Positions 10,601-18,133 of a stretch of 64,000 bases of DNA are shown here, one piece after another. Made by a program: the position numbers and the translations under genes. Numbering within the stretch: the first letter of the stretch is position 1; the number at the start of each line of letters is the position of its first letter. The stretch is taken from assembly GCA_937887565.1 (NCBI GenBank), contig CALABS010000012.1, forward strand, positions 57,400-121,399. Direction: 5' to 3'. Below the pieces are notes generated by a model. The model worked only from the letters and a program-made list of their open reading frames with translations, had not been told where the DNA came from and searched no databases. Origin of the DNA: an uncultured Rhodospirillaceae bacterium (lineage in GTDB: Bacteria > Pseudomonadota > Alphaproteobacteria > Rhodospirillales > Magnetospirillaceae).

Positions 10601-11769
10601 AGAACGGTGCGGTCGTCGATCGGCAGCGGTTCGGCTGGATCGCTCCGCCAGCTCGTGCCCTTCTTTCGCCCTTCGAGGAACGGATAGCGATCGGGGTCGA
10701 ACAACGAACCACCGAGCGCTGGAAGGCGCAGCGTCGGATGATCGATACCACCATACACGCCACGAAACAGGGCGAGCAGCCGCGACCAGGCGGATCGGCG
10801 GCGCTCGAGGATCTCTTCGGAATCCGCACGCAACTGCATTCGCAGGCTGGAGATGGCGTAGAAGGAGTCGTAGCGGGGATCGCCGAGCAGTAGCAGGGCG
10901 CGTTCCTCGGCCGATAGTAGGAAGACGAGCCGCATCATGACCGTTAGACCGGCCTCGTAGAGTTCTCGCGGATCGACATCGCGCAGGAGCTCGCGATTGC
11001 GATCCTGGTCGGCGCGGTCGAGCGCCTGGACGAGCACTTCGACGGCGCGCCGGACCTGTTCTCCGAGCGCCTCGGTCACGTCGTCCTGGTGCTTCAAGGA
11101 CCTCTCATAGAGCGCCGGTAGCTTTCCTTCGTCGGGTCCGAAGAAGCGGCGGATGCCTAAAAGGCTGACGAAGGCGCGCAGCGTTTCTGGTTCCTGGCCC
11201 CAGAGCCGCGCATACCAGCTCGCGAAGCCTGCCACGACGCCGACGGGCGCGTGGACGAGCATCCAGCGCTCGCCATTGGTGACGATGCCGGTGGGGCATC
11301 CTGTCGACCTGAGCAGAGCGACCATCCGGTCGGCCGGGGTGATCGCGAGGCCATCGAAACGGCGCGTCGCATCCAGATCGGTGTCGGGCTCGTAGATGTG
11401 GATGAGCAGAAGCGGTTCGTCGGAGTTCGTTGGATTTACGACCGCCAGATCGGGCGCGACCGTGACTCCGTGTTCGGGCATCGAGACAGTCAGCTTCTCA
11501 GGCAGTCTCGCGCCCCCGCGCAGCACCGTCTCATCCATTTCCAGCGCGGTGACCAGCACGTCGTCGATCCAGGCCGCGTGCAGCGCTGGAAGGTCGAGGT
11601 CGTCCATGTCGACGGCATCGCGCCATTCCTCATAGGTCCGACGAAGCCGCTGAGGCCGCCCGGAAGGCAGGGCTTCAAGGCCTTGCGGGAAGACTTCCCG
11701 CAGCACGGGCACCGCCAGAAAGGGCCCAGAGACTTCGATGAGGTTCAGCCACTCGTGATCGTTGCTCAT
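7648..11769 (-). CDS. drmMI: DISARM DrmMI, large N6-adenine DNA methyltransferase (Eco57I/type IIG-like)
   Basis: 1373 aa. SAM motif I ICDPAMGSGAFLVQA and catalytic motif IV FDAFIGNPPFLGG. ATGA overlap with the drmD stop (11766-11769). Confidence 0.8.
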   Translation of the reverse strand: MSNDHEWLNLIEVSGPFLAVPVLREVFPQGLEALPSGRPQRLRRTYEEWRDAVDMDDLDLPALHAAWIDDVLVTALEMDETVLRGGARLPEKLTVSMPEHGVTVAPDLAVVNPTNSDEPLLLIHIYEPDTDLDATRRFDGLAITPADRMVALLRSTGCPTGIVTNGERWMLVHAPVGVVAGFASWYARLWGQEPETLRAFVSLLGIRRFFGPDEGKLPALYERSLKHQDDVTEALGEQVRRAVEVLVQALDRADQDRNRELLRDVDPRELYEAGLTVMMRLVFLLSAEERALLLLGDPRYDSFYAISSLRMQLRADSEEILERRRSAWSRLLALFRGVYGGIDHPTLRLPALGGSLFDPDRYPFLEGRKKGTSWRSDPAEPLPIDDRTVLLLLEAIQTFEGRTLSYRALDVEQIGHVYEGLLERTVKRVDDVTLELDSGAKAKSPRVTLGELESARLDGPARVAELLKERSERSESAIRNALERPADDRLAARLLTVCRGDIGLRDRILPSASLLRTDPWGYPLVHHKGAFVVVLGADRRESGTHYTPKSLTEKIVAETLTPVAYRGPAEGKAPEDWELKSAEELLDLKICDPAMGSGAFLVQACRWLSDRLVEAWSATEKTGKQIDSEGRIVEGDTAEGFDPLSQDAEERAIVARRLVAERCLYGVDKNPLAVELAKLSLWLTTMSKGRPFGFLDHNLRSGDSLLGIHDLGQLVELDMNPKGKAQLRLFGRTIRSAVDKALELRARLREIPIRDIHDVGAMAALDAQSRGELALPTLIADAFIGIVLAEQRSGERTARIETLAAFADAAADGDTPAKRRLLHDAQNDLAKDAPDGAVRRPFHWPLEFPEVFLRKSAGFDAFIGNPPFLGGKRISTILGPAFNTWLVNIHAGTNRNVDLSAHFFRRAFSLLREGGNFGLLATNTISEGDTRQCGLEWLLHNGSAVHSAYPNEPWPGSAAVVTSQVHVYKGDWRGQRTLSGQPVRYISAFLSDQEEWSPKQLRANKGIAFEGSKLNAIGFTLTPREAADMLDADPKNAEVLFPYMNGEDLNSDPEQCPSRWVVNFWDWPEERAKTYTLPWKHVEREVYPKRLEQSKQRAYRNIMQRWWLHWNERHGLYHAVGQGHHFERHVEGWREDASALQNVICLSRVSKYLAPSLVPSNIIWSDRITVFASEDLNLLGALLSQIHEVWVRKHASTLETRLLYTPGDSFETFPAPALGVSQREIVRSIIDLRRRISVSRQIGLTGVFNRLHDAEDQDEEVKELRELHYQIDVAVVQAYGWDDVDLGHGFHEVSYLPENDRTRFTISESARLEVLRRLAELNRLRYQEEVDQGLHGGTAGPAKARGRRSRATSASEPTLDLDDILPMTIEGGD

Positions 11770-14700
11770 CCGCGCTTCTCCGTCGCGAGGGAGTTCGGAA
11801 CCAGCAGCACCACGGCCACGGGGAAGGTATGCTCGACGGCATTGGAGTGCCGTTCCTCGATCGCGCGTAGCTCTTGCTCGCGCTCCTTCGGGATCCGGGC
11901 CAGGCGTGCTTCGAGGGCCGCTCGGTCACGCTTGAGCTGAGTGCGTTCGTCCTCGGAGAAAAGAGAGAGCTGCACGGGTTGCTGTTCCGCCGCGATCTCG
12001 GTCTTCAGCGCTCGTTCGAGATCGTCCAGGACTTGGCGGATGTCCTCGGCCTCCTTGCGCTTCCGGGTCTCGATCGTGTTCACGAGGAAGCGTAGCCGGT
12101 CTTTCGAGCGTGCCTCGACGGCTGCCAGAACGGAATCACGCTGTTTGTCGAAGCGCGTCCTCAAGGCCTCAAACGTCGCATCCGGCAGGGCCGCGGGGTG
12201 CGACTCCTCCAGCCATCGTCGGACCTCCGTGACCCGTTCCTCCCGCCGGAAACCGGCATCGCGCAGATAGCCGCCAGCCTCCGTGAGCTCCTCGTGCAGA
12301 CGATGATGGTTCCCGCCGGTCACGACGAGCCGCGACATCACCACCACGGCCGGTCCCTCGATCCGCCCATCCGGAAGCGAGCGCACGGTCACGCGGTGAA
12401 GCTTCTTCACGTCGTCACGGGCCCAGATCTCCGCGCGCAGGAGCCGCAGACTCATCTGGACGAGCCGGTGGTTCAGGTGGACGAGGACCACGTCGTCACG
12501 GCCCTTGGCGACCTCGTGGTCGAAGGTGATCGGGCGAACCTTCTGCGTGTAGGGGTGTTCTAGACCCTCGAGGCATCGGGACCAGGAACCCGAGAGCGGC
12601 GGCATTCGGAAAACCGTGCCATCTGGTGCACCGGCCAGAGAAACGGGCTCCAAGTCGGGTTTGTCCGCAAGACGCAACGCCGTGCGTACCGCCCGCTCGA
12701 TGTGGTCGGGCACGAGGCTCTGTTCGTGCCGGGTCTCGTTCAGCCGCTCATGGAGTTTGGCCACACGTTCGCGAAGGTCGCGCTCCGCCTTCACGAAGCG
12801 GCGGGATTTCTCCATCCGGGCTTCGGCTTGTCTCGTGTCGAGATCGCGGCGGCGCCCCTCGAGGAGGTCTGGCAGTTGAGGCGCGATGACCGGGTTCACG
12901 CTCCCCATGTCGGCGCGCATCGCATCCAGTTTGCGAAGCGCACGGAGGATATCGTCACCGTGGCCTCCTTCAGGATCCACCGGATGCCAAATGACGACCT
13001 CGCTCGCGCGTTGACCATGACGGTCGATGCGCCCGTTCCGCTGTTCCATCACATTCGGGTTGTACGGAATTTCGAGATGGATCATCAGATGACAGTGGTT
13101 CTGGAGATCGATGCCCTCGGAGGCGGCATCGGTCGCCAGCAGTATCCTCACCGGGGATTCCGAAGGGTTGGCCTGGAACGCGGCTTTCACGCCCTCGCGT
13201 TCTTTCGGGTCCATGCCACCATAGATGAGAGCCAATCGCTCGCCCCCGAAGCCGTGGGATGCGAGGATCTCCTGCATCCATTGCTGAGTGGCGCGATACT
13301 CGGTGAACAGGATCACCCGCTCGTTCGTCCACCTGTCACCGTCCTTCAGGTGACTGGCCAGCCAATCCAGCACGGCGGTGGCCTTGGCGTCGGTTCGACG
13401 AGCCGCCTGCTGGGCCCAGGACCGCAACCGGTCGAGCATCCGGCGTTCTTCGTCGGTCGGTGGCCGGACGTGCTTGCCCGCTTCCTCGATCGCTTCAGCC
13501 TCGGCGGCATCCCGCTGGGCGTCGTCTGCGTAGTCTTCCTCGGTCTTCGCTATCGCCCGCCGAAGGATGCGGTCATCGAATTTCTTCTGGCTGCGATCGC
13601 TAGCCGCCCGACCTTCGATCGTCGCGATATGCCGCTCCAGTGTCGCTGCAAAGGCTGCAGGTGACGATGACAGGCGCTTGCGCAGCAACTGGTGCACGAA
13701 GTGATCGACGGCCCGCTCTCCATCAGCACCGCCTTCGCGGCTCTTGATGTATGCTTCCAGCTGCCGCCGGGCATCCCTCTCGTCTTCGCTATACTCCACC
13801 GGCAGCGCTTCGAGCCGTCGCTCGGGGTAAATTCGCTTGCCATTCGCATCGACCAGATCGCTCTTCAGCCGACGGACCATCACCCGGGCGAGTTGGGGAT
13901 CACTTGGGAGGACGTTTCTCGCGAACCGCTGATCATCAAGGAGTTCGAGGAGTGCGGTGAAGGATTCGGTGTAACCGTCGTGCGGCGTGGCTGTGAGAAA
14001 CAGTTTGTGCTGGAAGTGTGGCGCGGCCAGACGAACCAGACGGGTCCTGAGGCTTTCGACAGCGTAGCGGCCGACGGTCGGCGCGACGTTGTGAGCCTCG
14101 TCGATGATCAGCAGGTCGAACTTCCTGGGATGGCTGACGTGCGGGGGCAATGCGTCCCGTAGAAGACGCAAGCCTTCACCCTGCTTGGCCCAGTCCATCG
14201 ACGTGATGAGACGGGGAAAAGACGTCCAGGGATTCGCGTGCAGGCCTCGCTCGCGGCGCAGACGCTTGACGTATTCCGTATCGACGATCCGGAACTCCAG
14301 CCCGAACTTCTCCTGCATCTCGACGCGCCATTTTTCCTGCAAAGAGGCAGGGCAAAGCACGAGAACGGTACGGGCACGGTGCCGCAACAGCATCTCTTGA
14401 ACGACGAGTCCCGCCTCGATGGTCTTCCCGAGGCCGACGTCGTCGGCGATCAGCAGATTGGTGCGCGCCATGTCGATCGCGCGCACGAGCGGATCCAGCT
14501 GGTAATCCTCGATGCTGACGCCACTGCGGAATGGCGCCTGCAGATAGCCGCGATCCGCGTTCGTCGCTGCGCCCCAAACCACCGCATCCAAGAAGGCTTG
14601 AAGCGTGGATGGGTCATCCAGCCCGGTCATGCGCGGTAGTCCGGCCCGCTCGATCACATGCGCTCCGGGCTCCAGCTCCCAGAGCACTTCGATCTCTTCA

Positions 14701-14885
14701 CCCAGCGCATCCTCGTCGATTGAGGCCAGCCGAACGAGATGCCGCTTAGGAAGTCCAGGGGCAACCGAACCGCCTTCGACCTCGGAGACGATCCATTGTC
14801 GGCGCCGAGCCTCGACCAGCTGGCCCGGCTCGGGCGCAGTGGCGTGAGCCACCTCGGCCACTATTTCATCTGCGGTCATCGGCAT
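11766..14885 (-). CDS. drmD: DISARM DrmD, SNF2-family helicase/ATPase
   Basis: 1039 aa. Motif I LIADDVGLGKTIEAG, motif II LLIIDEAHNV, motif V LLATDAASEGIDLQ, motif VI YNPNVMEQRNGRIDRHGQ. Confidence 0.85.
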   Translation of the reverse strand: MPMTADEIVAEVAHATAPEPGQLVEARRRQWIVSEVEGGSVAPGLPKRHLVRLASIDEDALGEEIEVLWELEPGAHVIERAGLPRMTGLDDPSTLQAFLDAVVWGAATNADRGYLQAPFRSGVSIEDYQLDPLVRAIDMARTNLLIADDVGLGKTIEAGLVVQEMLLRHRARTVLVLCPASLQEKWRVEMQEKFGLEFRIVDTEYVKRLRRERGLHANPWTSFPRLITSMDWAKQGEGLRLLRDALPPHVSHPRKFDLLIIDEAHNVAPTVGRYAVESLRTRLVRLAAPHFQHKLFLTATPHDGYTESFTALLELLDDQRFARNVLPSDPQLARVMVRRLKSDLVDANGKRIYPERRLEALPVEYSEDERDARRQLEAYIKSREGGADGERAVDHFVHQLLRKRLSSSPAAFAATLERHIATIEGRAASDRSQKKFDDRILRRAIAKTEEDYADDAQRDAAEAEAIEEAGKHVRPPTDEERRMLDRLRSWAQQAARRTDAKATAVLDWLASHLKDGDRWTNERVILFTEYRATQQWMQEILASHGFGGERLALIYGGMDPKEREGVKAAFQANPSESPVRILLATDAASEGIDLQNHCHLMIHLEIPYNPNVMEQRNGRIDRHGQRASEVVIWHPVDPEGGHGDDILRALRKLDAMRADMGSVNPVIAPQLPDLLEGRRRDLDTRQAEARMEKSRRFVKAERDLRERVAKLHERLNETRHEQSLVPDHIERAVRTALRLADKPDLEPVSLAGAPDGTVFRMPPLSGSWSRCLEGLEHPYTQKVRPITFDHEVAKGRDDVVLVHLNHRLVQMSLRLLRAEIWARDDVKKLHRVTVRSLPDGRIEGPAVVVMSRLVVTGGNHHRLHEELTEAGGYLRDAGFRREERVTEVRRWLEESHPAALPDATFEALRTRFDKQRDSVLAAVEARSKDRLRFLVNTIETRKRKEAEDIRQVLDDLERALKTEIAAEQQPVQLSLFSEDERTQLKRDRAALEARLARIPKEREQELRAIEERHSNAVEHTFPVAVVLLVPNSLATEKRG

Positions 14886-15316
14886 AGATGGGCCCCGTTC
14901 CTTCTGCGAGCGTCGACAAATTCGGCGATGCGGTTTGCGGCTTGGATGGCGTCTTCGTGTTCCCAGATCCGGACCGTCTCCCAGCCGAGAGCAGCCAGCC
15001 GCTGATCAGTATCGGCATCCCTAAATCGATTGGTTTCGATCTTCTCCCGCCAGAAATCGGCGTTGCTCTTCGGCCAGGAAGCGTGCTCGGGGCAGCCGTG
15101 CCAAAAGCATCCGTCGACGAACACGGCCAATCTCGCGCTAGGGAAAACGATATCGGCAACGCGCCTGGGCTTAGTCAGGAGCGGAACGTGGAGGCGATAA
15201 CGCAGCCCCTTGGCATGCAGAGCCTTGCGGAGATTTATCTCCGCACGCGTGCCCTTCTGTCGCACGCGAGCCATGCGACGACTGGCGTCATGCGACGAGG
15301 GACTTACGCGCGTCAT
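14876..15316 (-). CDS. vsr: Very-short-patch repair endonuclease
   Basis: 146 aa with SRRMARVRQKGTRAEINLRKALHAKGLRYRLH and FVDGCFWHGCPEH, hallmark Vsr motifs. Overlaps the 3' end of dcm (15288-15316) and the 5' end of drmD (14876-14885). Confidence 0.85.
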   Translation of the reverse strand: MTRVSPSSHDASRRMARVRQKGTRAEINLRKALHAKGLRYRLHVPLLTKPRRVADIVFPSARLAVFVDGCFWHGCPEHASWPKSNADFWREKIETNRFRDADTDQRLAALGWETVRIWEHEDAIQAANRIAEFVDARRRNGAHLCR

Positions 15317-16385
15317 CCGCCACGGCTCCCTTCTTCTTTCTCTTCGCCTTCTGGACCTCGATCCCCAGATGGACAGCGATGCTCCGGCCGATCACCTCGC
15401 CCAGAGTGACCGGAACGGCGTTTCCAATCATCCGACCCAAGGCCTTGAAATGAACGGGGGCCCCGTCGGGTATGAAGGAATAGGACTTGGGGAAGCCTTG
15501 AAGAATTGCGCCTTCTCGCAGAGAGATGGCTCGGTCCTGCTCGGGGTGTCCAAACCGACCGTTCCCGAATCCGTAGAACTGGGTGGTCAAGGTCGGAGCG
15601 GGTTCATCCCATACCATCCGGCCATAGACGCCCGGATAGGTACGCCCCGTCTCACGCCGGTGGCAGTCGGCAATGAGATGTTTTGGCCAGTCTCGCCATG
15701 TTCCACCCGGTCGAGAGGCGCGAATTCTTTGAAGATTTAGGTCAGAGAGCTTTGATGCGGCATGCAGCACATCCTTGGGATGGGCTTCTCCCTGAGCGAT
15801 CGGCGCAAGGACGCCGATCGCCTCGCGCACGGTCTTCGGGCGACTGTGTGTCGGGGCGAACAGCTCAATTGGCCCGAGTCTAGAGGCCAATAGCACCATG
15901 CGCCGCCGGTTCTGCGGCAATCCGTAAAGGGAGCAATCGACTATCGCTTGGTGGACGTGGTACCCCGATTTCTGGAGAGTCTCGACGAAGTCATCGAACA
16001 CAGTGTGTTTGGCCACCGAAGGCACATTCTCCATAGTGACCAGGTCGGGACGCGTAGCTTTGATCAGCCGCCCGAACTGATAGAGAAGACCCCATCGAGG
16101 GCTTCCAACGACATCGTAGCGCTGGGCGTAGGTGGAAAATGGCTGGCAGGGGGCGCACCCGGCCAGCACCCGGATTTCGGCGTCGCCGAACAACTCGTTG
16201 AGGCGCTTGGGAGCAAGGCGACCCACGTCTTCCTTGATGAAGCGCGCTGCGTTATTGGCTTCAAATGGGTGGCGGCAGGCTTCATCGACGTCAATGCCCG
16301 CGACGACCCGAACGCCCTCCGAGATCAGGCCATGCGTAAGCCCGCCGGCTCCACAGAACAAGTCGACGCACGCGACATCAGCCAT
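15288..16385 (-). CDS. dcm: DNA cytosine-5 methyltransferase
   Basis: C5-MTase motifs I DLFCGAGG, IV GCAPCQPFS, VI MENVPS, VIII QNRRR, X GNAVP. Start taken at MADVACVDLF (ATG 16385); the track start is 16406. Confidence 0.85.
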   Translation of the reverse strand: MADVACVDLFCGAGGLTHGLISEGVRVVAGIDVDEACRHPFEANNAARFIKEDVGRLAPKRLNELFGDAEIRVLAGCAPCQPFSTYAQRYDVVGSPRWGLLYQFGRLIKATRPDLVTMENVPSVAKHTVFDDFVETLQKSGYHVHQAIVDCSLYGLPQNRRRMVLLASRLGPIELFAPTHSRPKTVREAIGVLAPIAQGEAHPKDVLHAASKLSDLNLQRIRASRPGGTWRDWPKHLIADCHRRETGRTYPGVYGRMVWDEPAPTLTTQFYGFGNGRFGHPEQDRAISLREGAILQGFPKSYSFIPDGAPVHFKALGRMIGNAVPVTLGEVIGRSIAVHLGIEVQKAKRKKKGAVADDARKSLVA

Positions 16386-16644
16386 CAGCTTTCTCTCCCC
16401 CCGCATTCGCCCCCTTCTGTGAATCGGCCTCGGCCGCCTCGCCTTCCTTTTGATCGTCCGATGCTTTCCCGTGCCTCACCCAGTCATCAACTTCGTCGGT
16501 TTTGAACTTCCAAAGCCTCCCGACCTTGTGGGCCGGCATGTCCTTCTTCGCGATCCAGCCGTAAACCGTGTCTTTGCTGACACCGAGATATTCAGCGATC
16601 TCCTCCACGGAGACCCAGCGATCGGACATGGTGCGGCCCTTCAT
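16378..16644 (-). CDS. Small helix-turn-helix DNA-binding protein (excisionase/AlpA/MerR-like HTH)
   Basis: VSVEEIAEYLGVSKDTVYGWIAKKDMPAHKVGRLWKFKTDEVDDWV matches the excisionase-family HTH pattern, with an acidic/Gly-rich tail. The 3' end overlaps the dcm start by 8 nt. Start uncertain (16644 or 16629). Confidence 0.6.
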   Translation of the reverse strand: MKGRTMSDRWVSVEEIAEYLGVSKDTVYGWIAKKDMPAHKVGRLWKFKTDEVDDWVRHGKASDDQKEGEAAEADSQKGANAGGEKADG

Positions 16645-16889
16645 CAGCCAACCTGTTTCAAGGCTCAAGCATCGCACCCGGTCGGTCAAAAGTAAACCAA
16701 ATATAAGCCCGTTTCATCGGGTCTAATCGGATTTGGTCGGATAAAGAAGGCGGGGGGCGCGAGGCTGAGCCGATCAAGGGGTACCTCGACCTCTTGGTCC
16801 GAAGATCGGTTCTGACGCAGAGATATGCGAGAAATGAGCGCGCCCATTCCCCACGGCGCGCCTCGTGGCCGCTCCCGGCGCCATAAGGC

Positions 16890-17744
16890 CTATTTTTGAG
16901 GGTACTCAACCCGATACCACTCAGTCTGCGCGTTTCTAAGTATTTCTGATAATTCCGACTCATCCATCATCAAATCCAGAATCTCTGTTCGGGGCTTTTC
17001 GATGAACCGATAGGCGGCAATCAATCGGAATGCGCAGTACCATAGCTGATCTGAAATTACCCGGGCTGCATGCGCATGGTGAGTGGCGACACGTCGGTTC
17101 TCAGGCCGGTGCTCGCGCTCCACTACCATTCCAATACCCAGGTAATCCGCATGAGCCACATGGCTCGCCATTGCGTAACCGTGAAGGAGCCCGGCAGCGA
17201 GTTCACCAAGTCCTTCCCCATTACGCACCATCTGTTCGATGATGCCGCTAAACCCCCATGCTGCCTGGATCCGCCTCCGCTCTTGCCGCGGATATTTGGC
17301 AGCAAACTCGGCTCGCTTCTCCTCGGTCAGAATGAGCTCTTGAAGGACCGCTACCATGTCGTCTCTTGGGTCCGGTGCGATCTCGATCAGACGTCGGGCC
17401 TTCTCATGGTCGGCGAGAGAGGCGATATCGCTCAGGGAAATTTCGTACTCATCAAAGCGCGATGCGGCATTCTTCGGATCTCCCAATAGATGGCAGAACT
17501 TTACAGTACCCTCAAAGACGGACCGGGACAGAATTTCCGCGTCCCATACGCGTTCGAAACCGGCTAGCAACAGAGCGCTGCCACTCGCCCGAATGCATGC
17601 GGTAGATAGCCAGCTTATCGTTTGGCGCTGACCAGTAGTAAGTCTGTCTGACGCCATCACCGGCTTCATAAGGCCGACGAGTTCGTAAAGCCTTGCATCG
17701 GCCAGGTCGACCAGACGCTGCATACTCGTTGGTGTTTTAGGCAT
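16890..17744 (-). CDS. Hypothetical protein (helical, AT-richer island cargo)
   Basis: Long ORF in the lowest-GC part of the island with no recognisable motif. Start chosen at MPKTPTSMQRLVDL (ATG 17744); the track ORF runs to 17921. Confidence 0.45.
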   Translation of the reverse strand: MPKTPTSMQRLVDLADARLYELVGLMKPVMASDRLTTGQRQTISWLSTACIRASGSALLLAGFERVWDAEILSRSVFEGTVKFCHLLGDPKNAASRFDEYEISLSDIASLADHEKARRLIEIAPDPRDDMVAVLQELILTEEKRAEFAAKYPRQERRRIQAAWGFSGIIEQMVRNGEGLGELAAGLLHGYAMASHVAHADYLGIGMVVEREHRPENRRVATHHAHAARVISDQLWYCAFRLIAAYRFIEKPRTEILDLMMDESELSEILRNAQTEWYRVEYPQK

Positions 17745-18133
17745 TGCTGCACTCTCTCGACGGGTCTGGTCTTTGCTTTGCCTGTCAAAGGACGTCATCA
17801 CTAGACAGGCGGCAAGCGGAAAGCTGCGCAATTGCTGTTTTTGCAGATTTTCTCGGACGCACTTTTCGGCAAGCGGGCCCGCTAACAGAGAGTTGGTGGT
17901 CGGTTCCACTCCCTCCGCCAATATTCCTTACGAAATCAATTCTCCGCATTCGAGCGCCTGGGTGAAGCCCTGGCGGGCTGCGCCGTTCATGGCACCAAGC
18001 CGTGGACCGAGTGTGACCTGCTCCCCGACTTCCTGCCGGTTATGAGTAGAGTCCCGTCCGATTGTGATGCCCGAAGCGGGCGGTGATGGCAAGCAGGCCC
18101 GGGGCATGCTTGCTTCGCGGCGAGGCCTCCCTT

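Larger units (their letters stand above)
1057..17950. mobile_element. Lower-GC accessory (defence) island / prophage-end cargo region; boundaries approximate
   Basis: Composition is visibly AT-richer than the >18 kb flank. All genes are defence- or MGE-type. The left edge abuts the phage lysis genes; the right edge is a ~390 bp non-coding gap before mutB. No integrase, tRNA or direct repeats identified. Confidence 0.5.

Noticed and set aside
18089-18113. Hairpin GCAAGCA-N11-TGCTTGC just downstream of the mutB stop as a terminator
   Set aside because: The stem is only 7 bp, the loop is long, and no U-tract follows on the minus strand. The evidence is insufficient.
16690-18133. Search for a tRNA gene, integrase or att repeat marking the right island boundary
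   Set aside because: No cloverleaf-like sequence, tyrosine/serine recombinase motif or obvious direct repeat was recognisable by eye. The boundary is left approximate rather than called.
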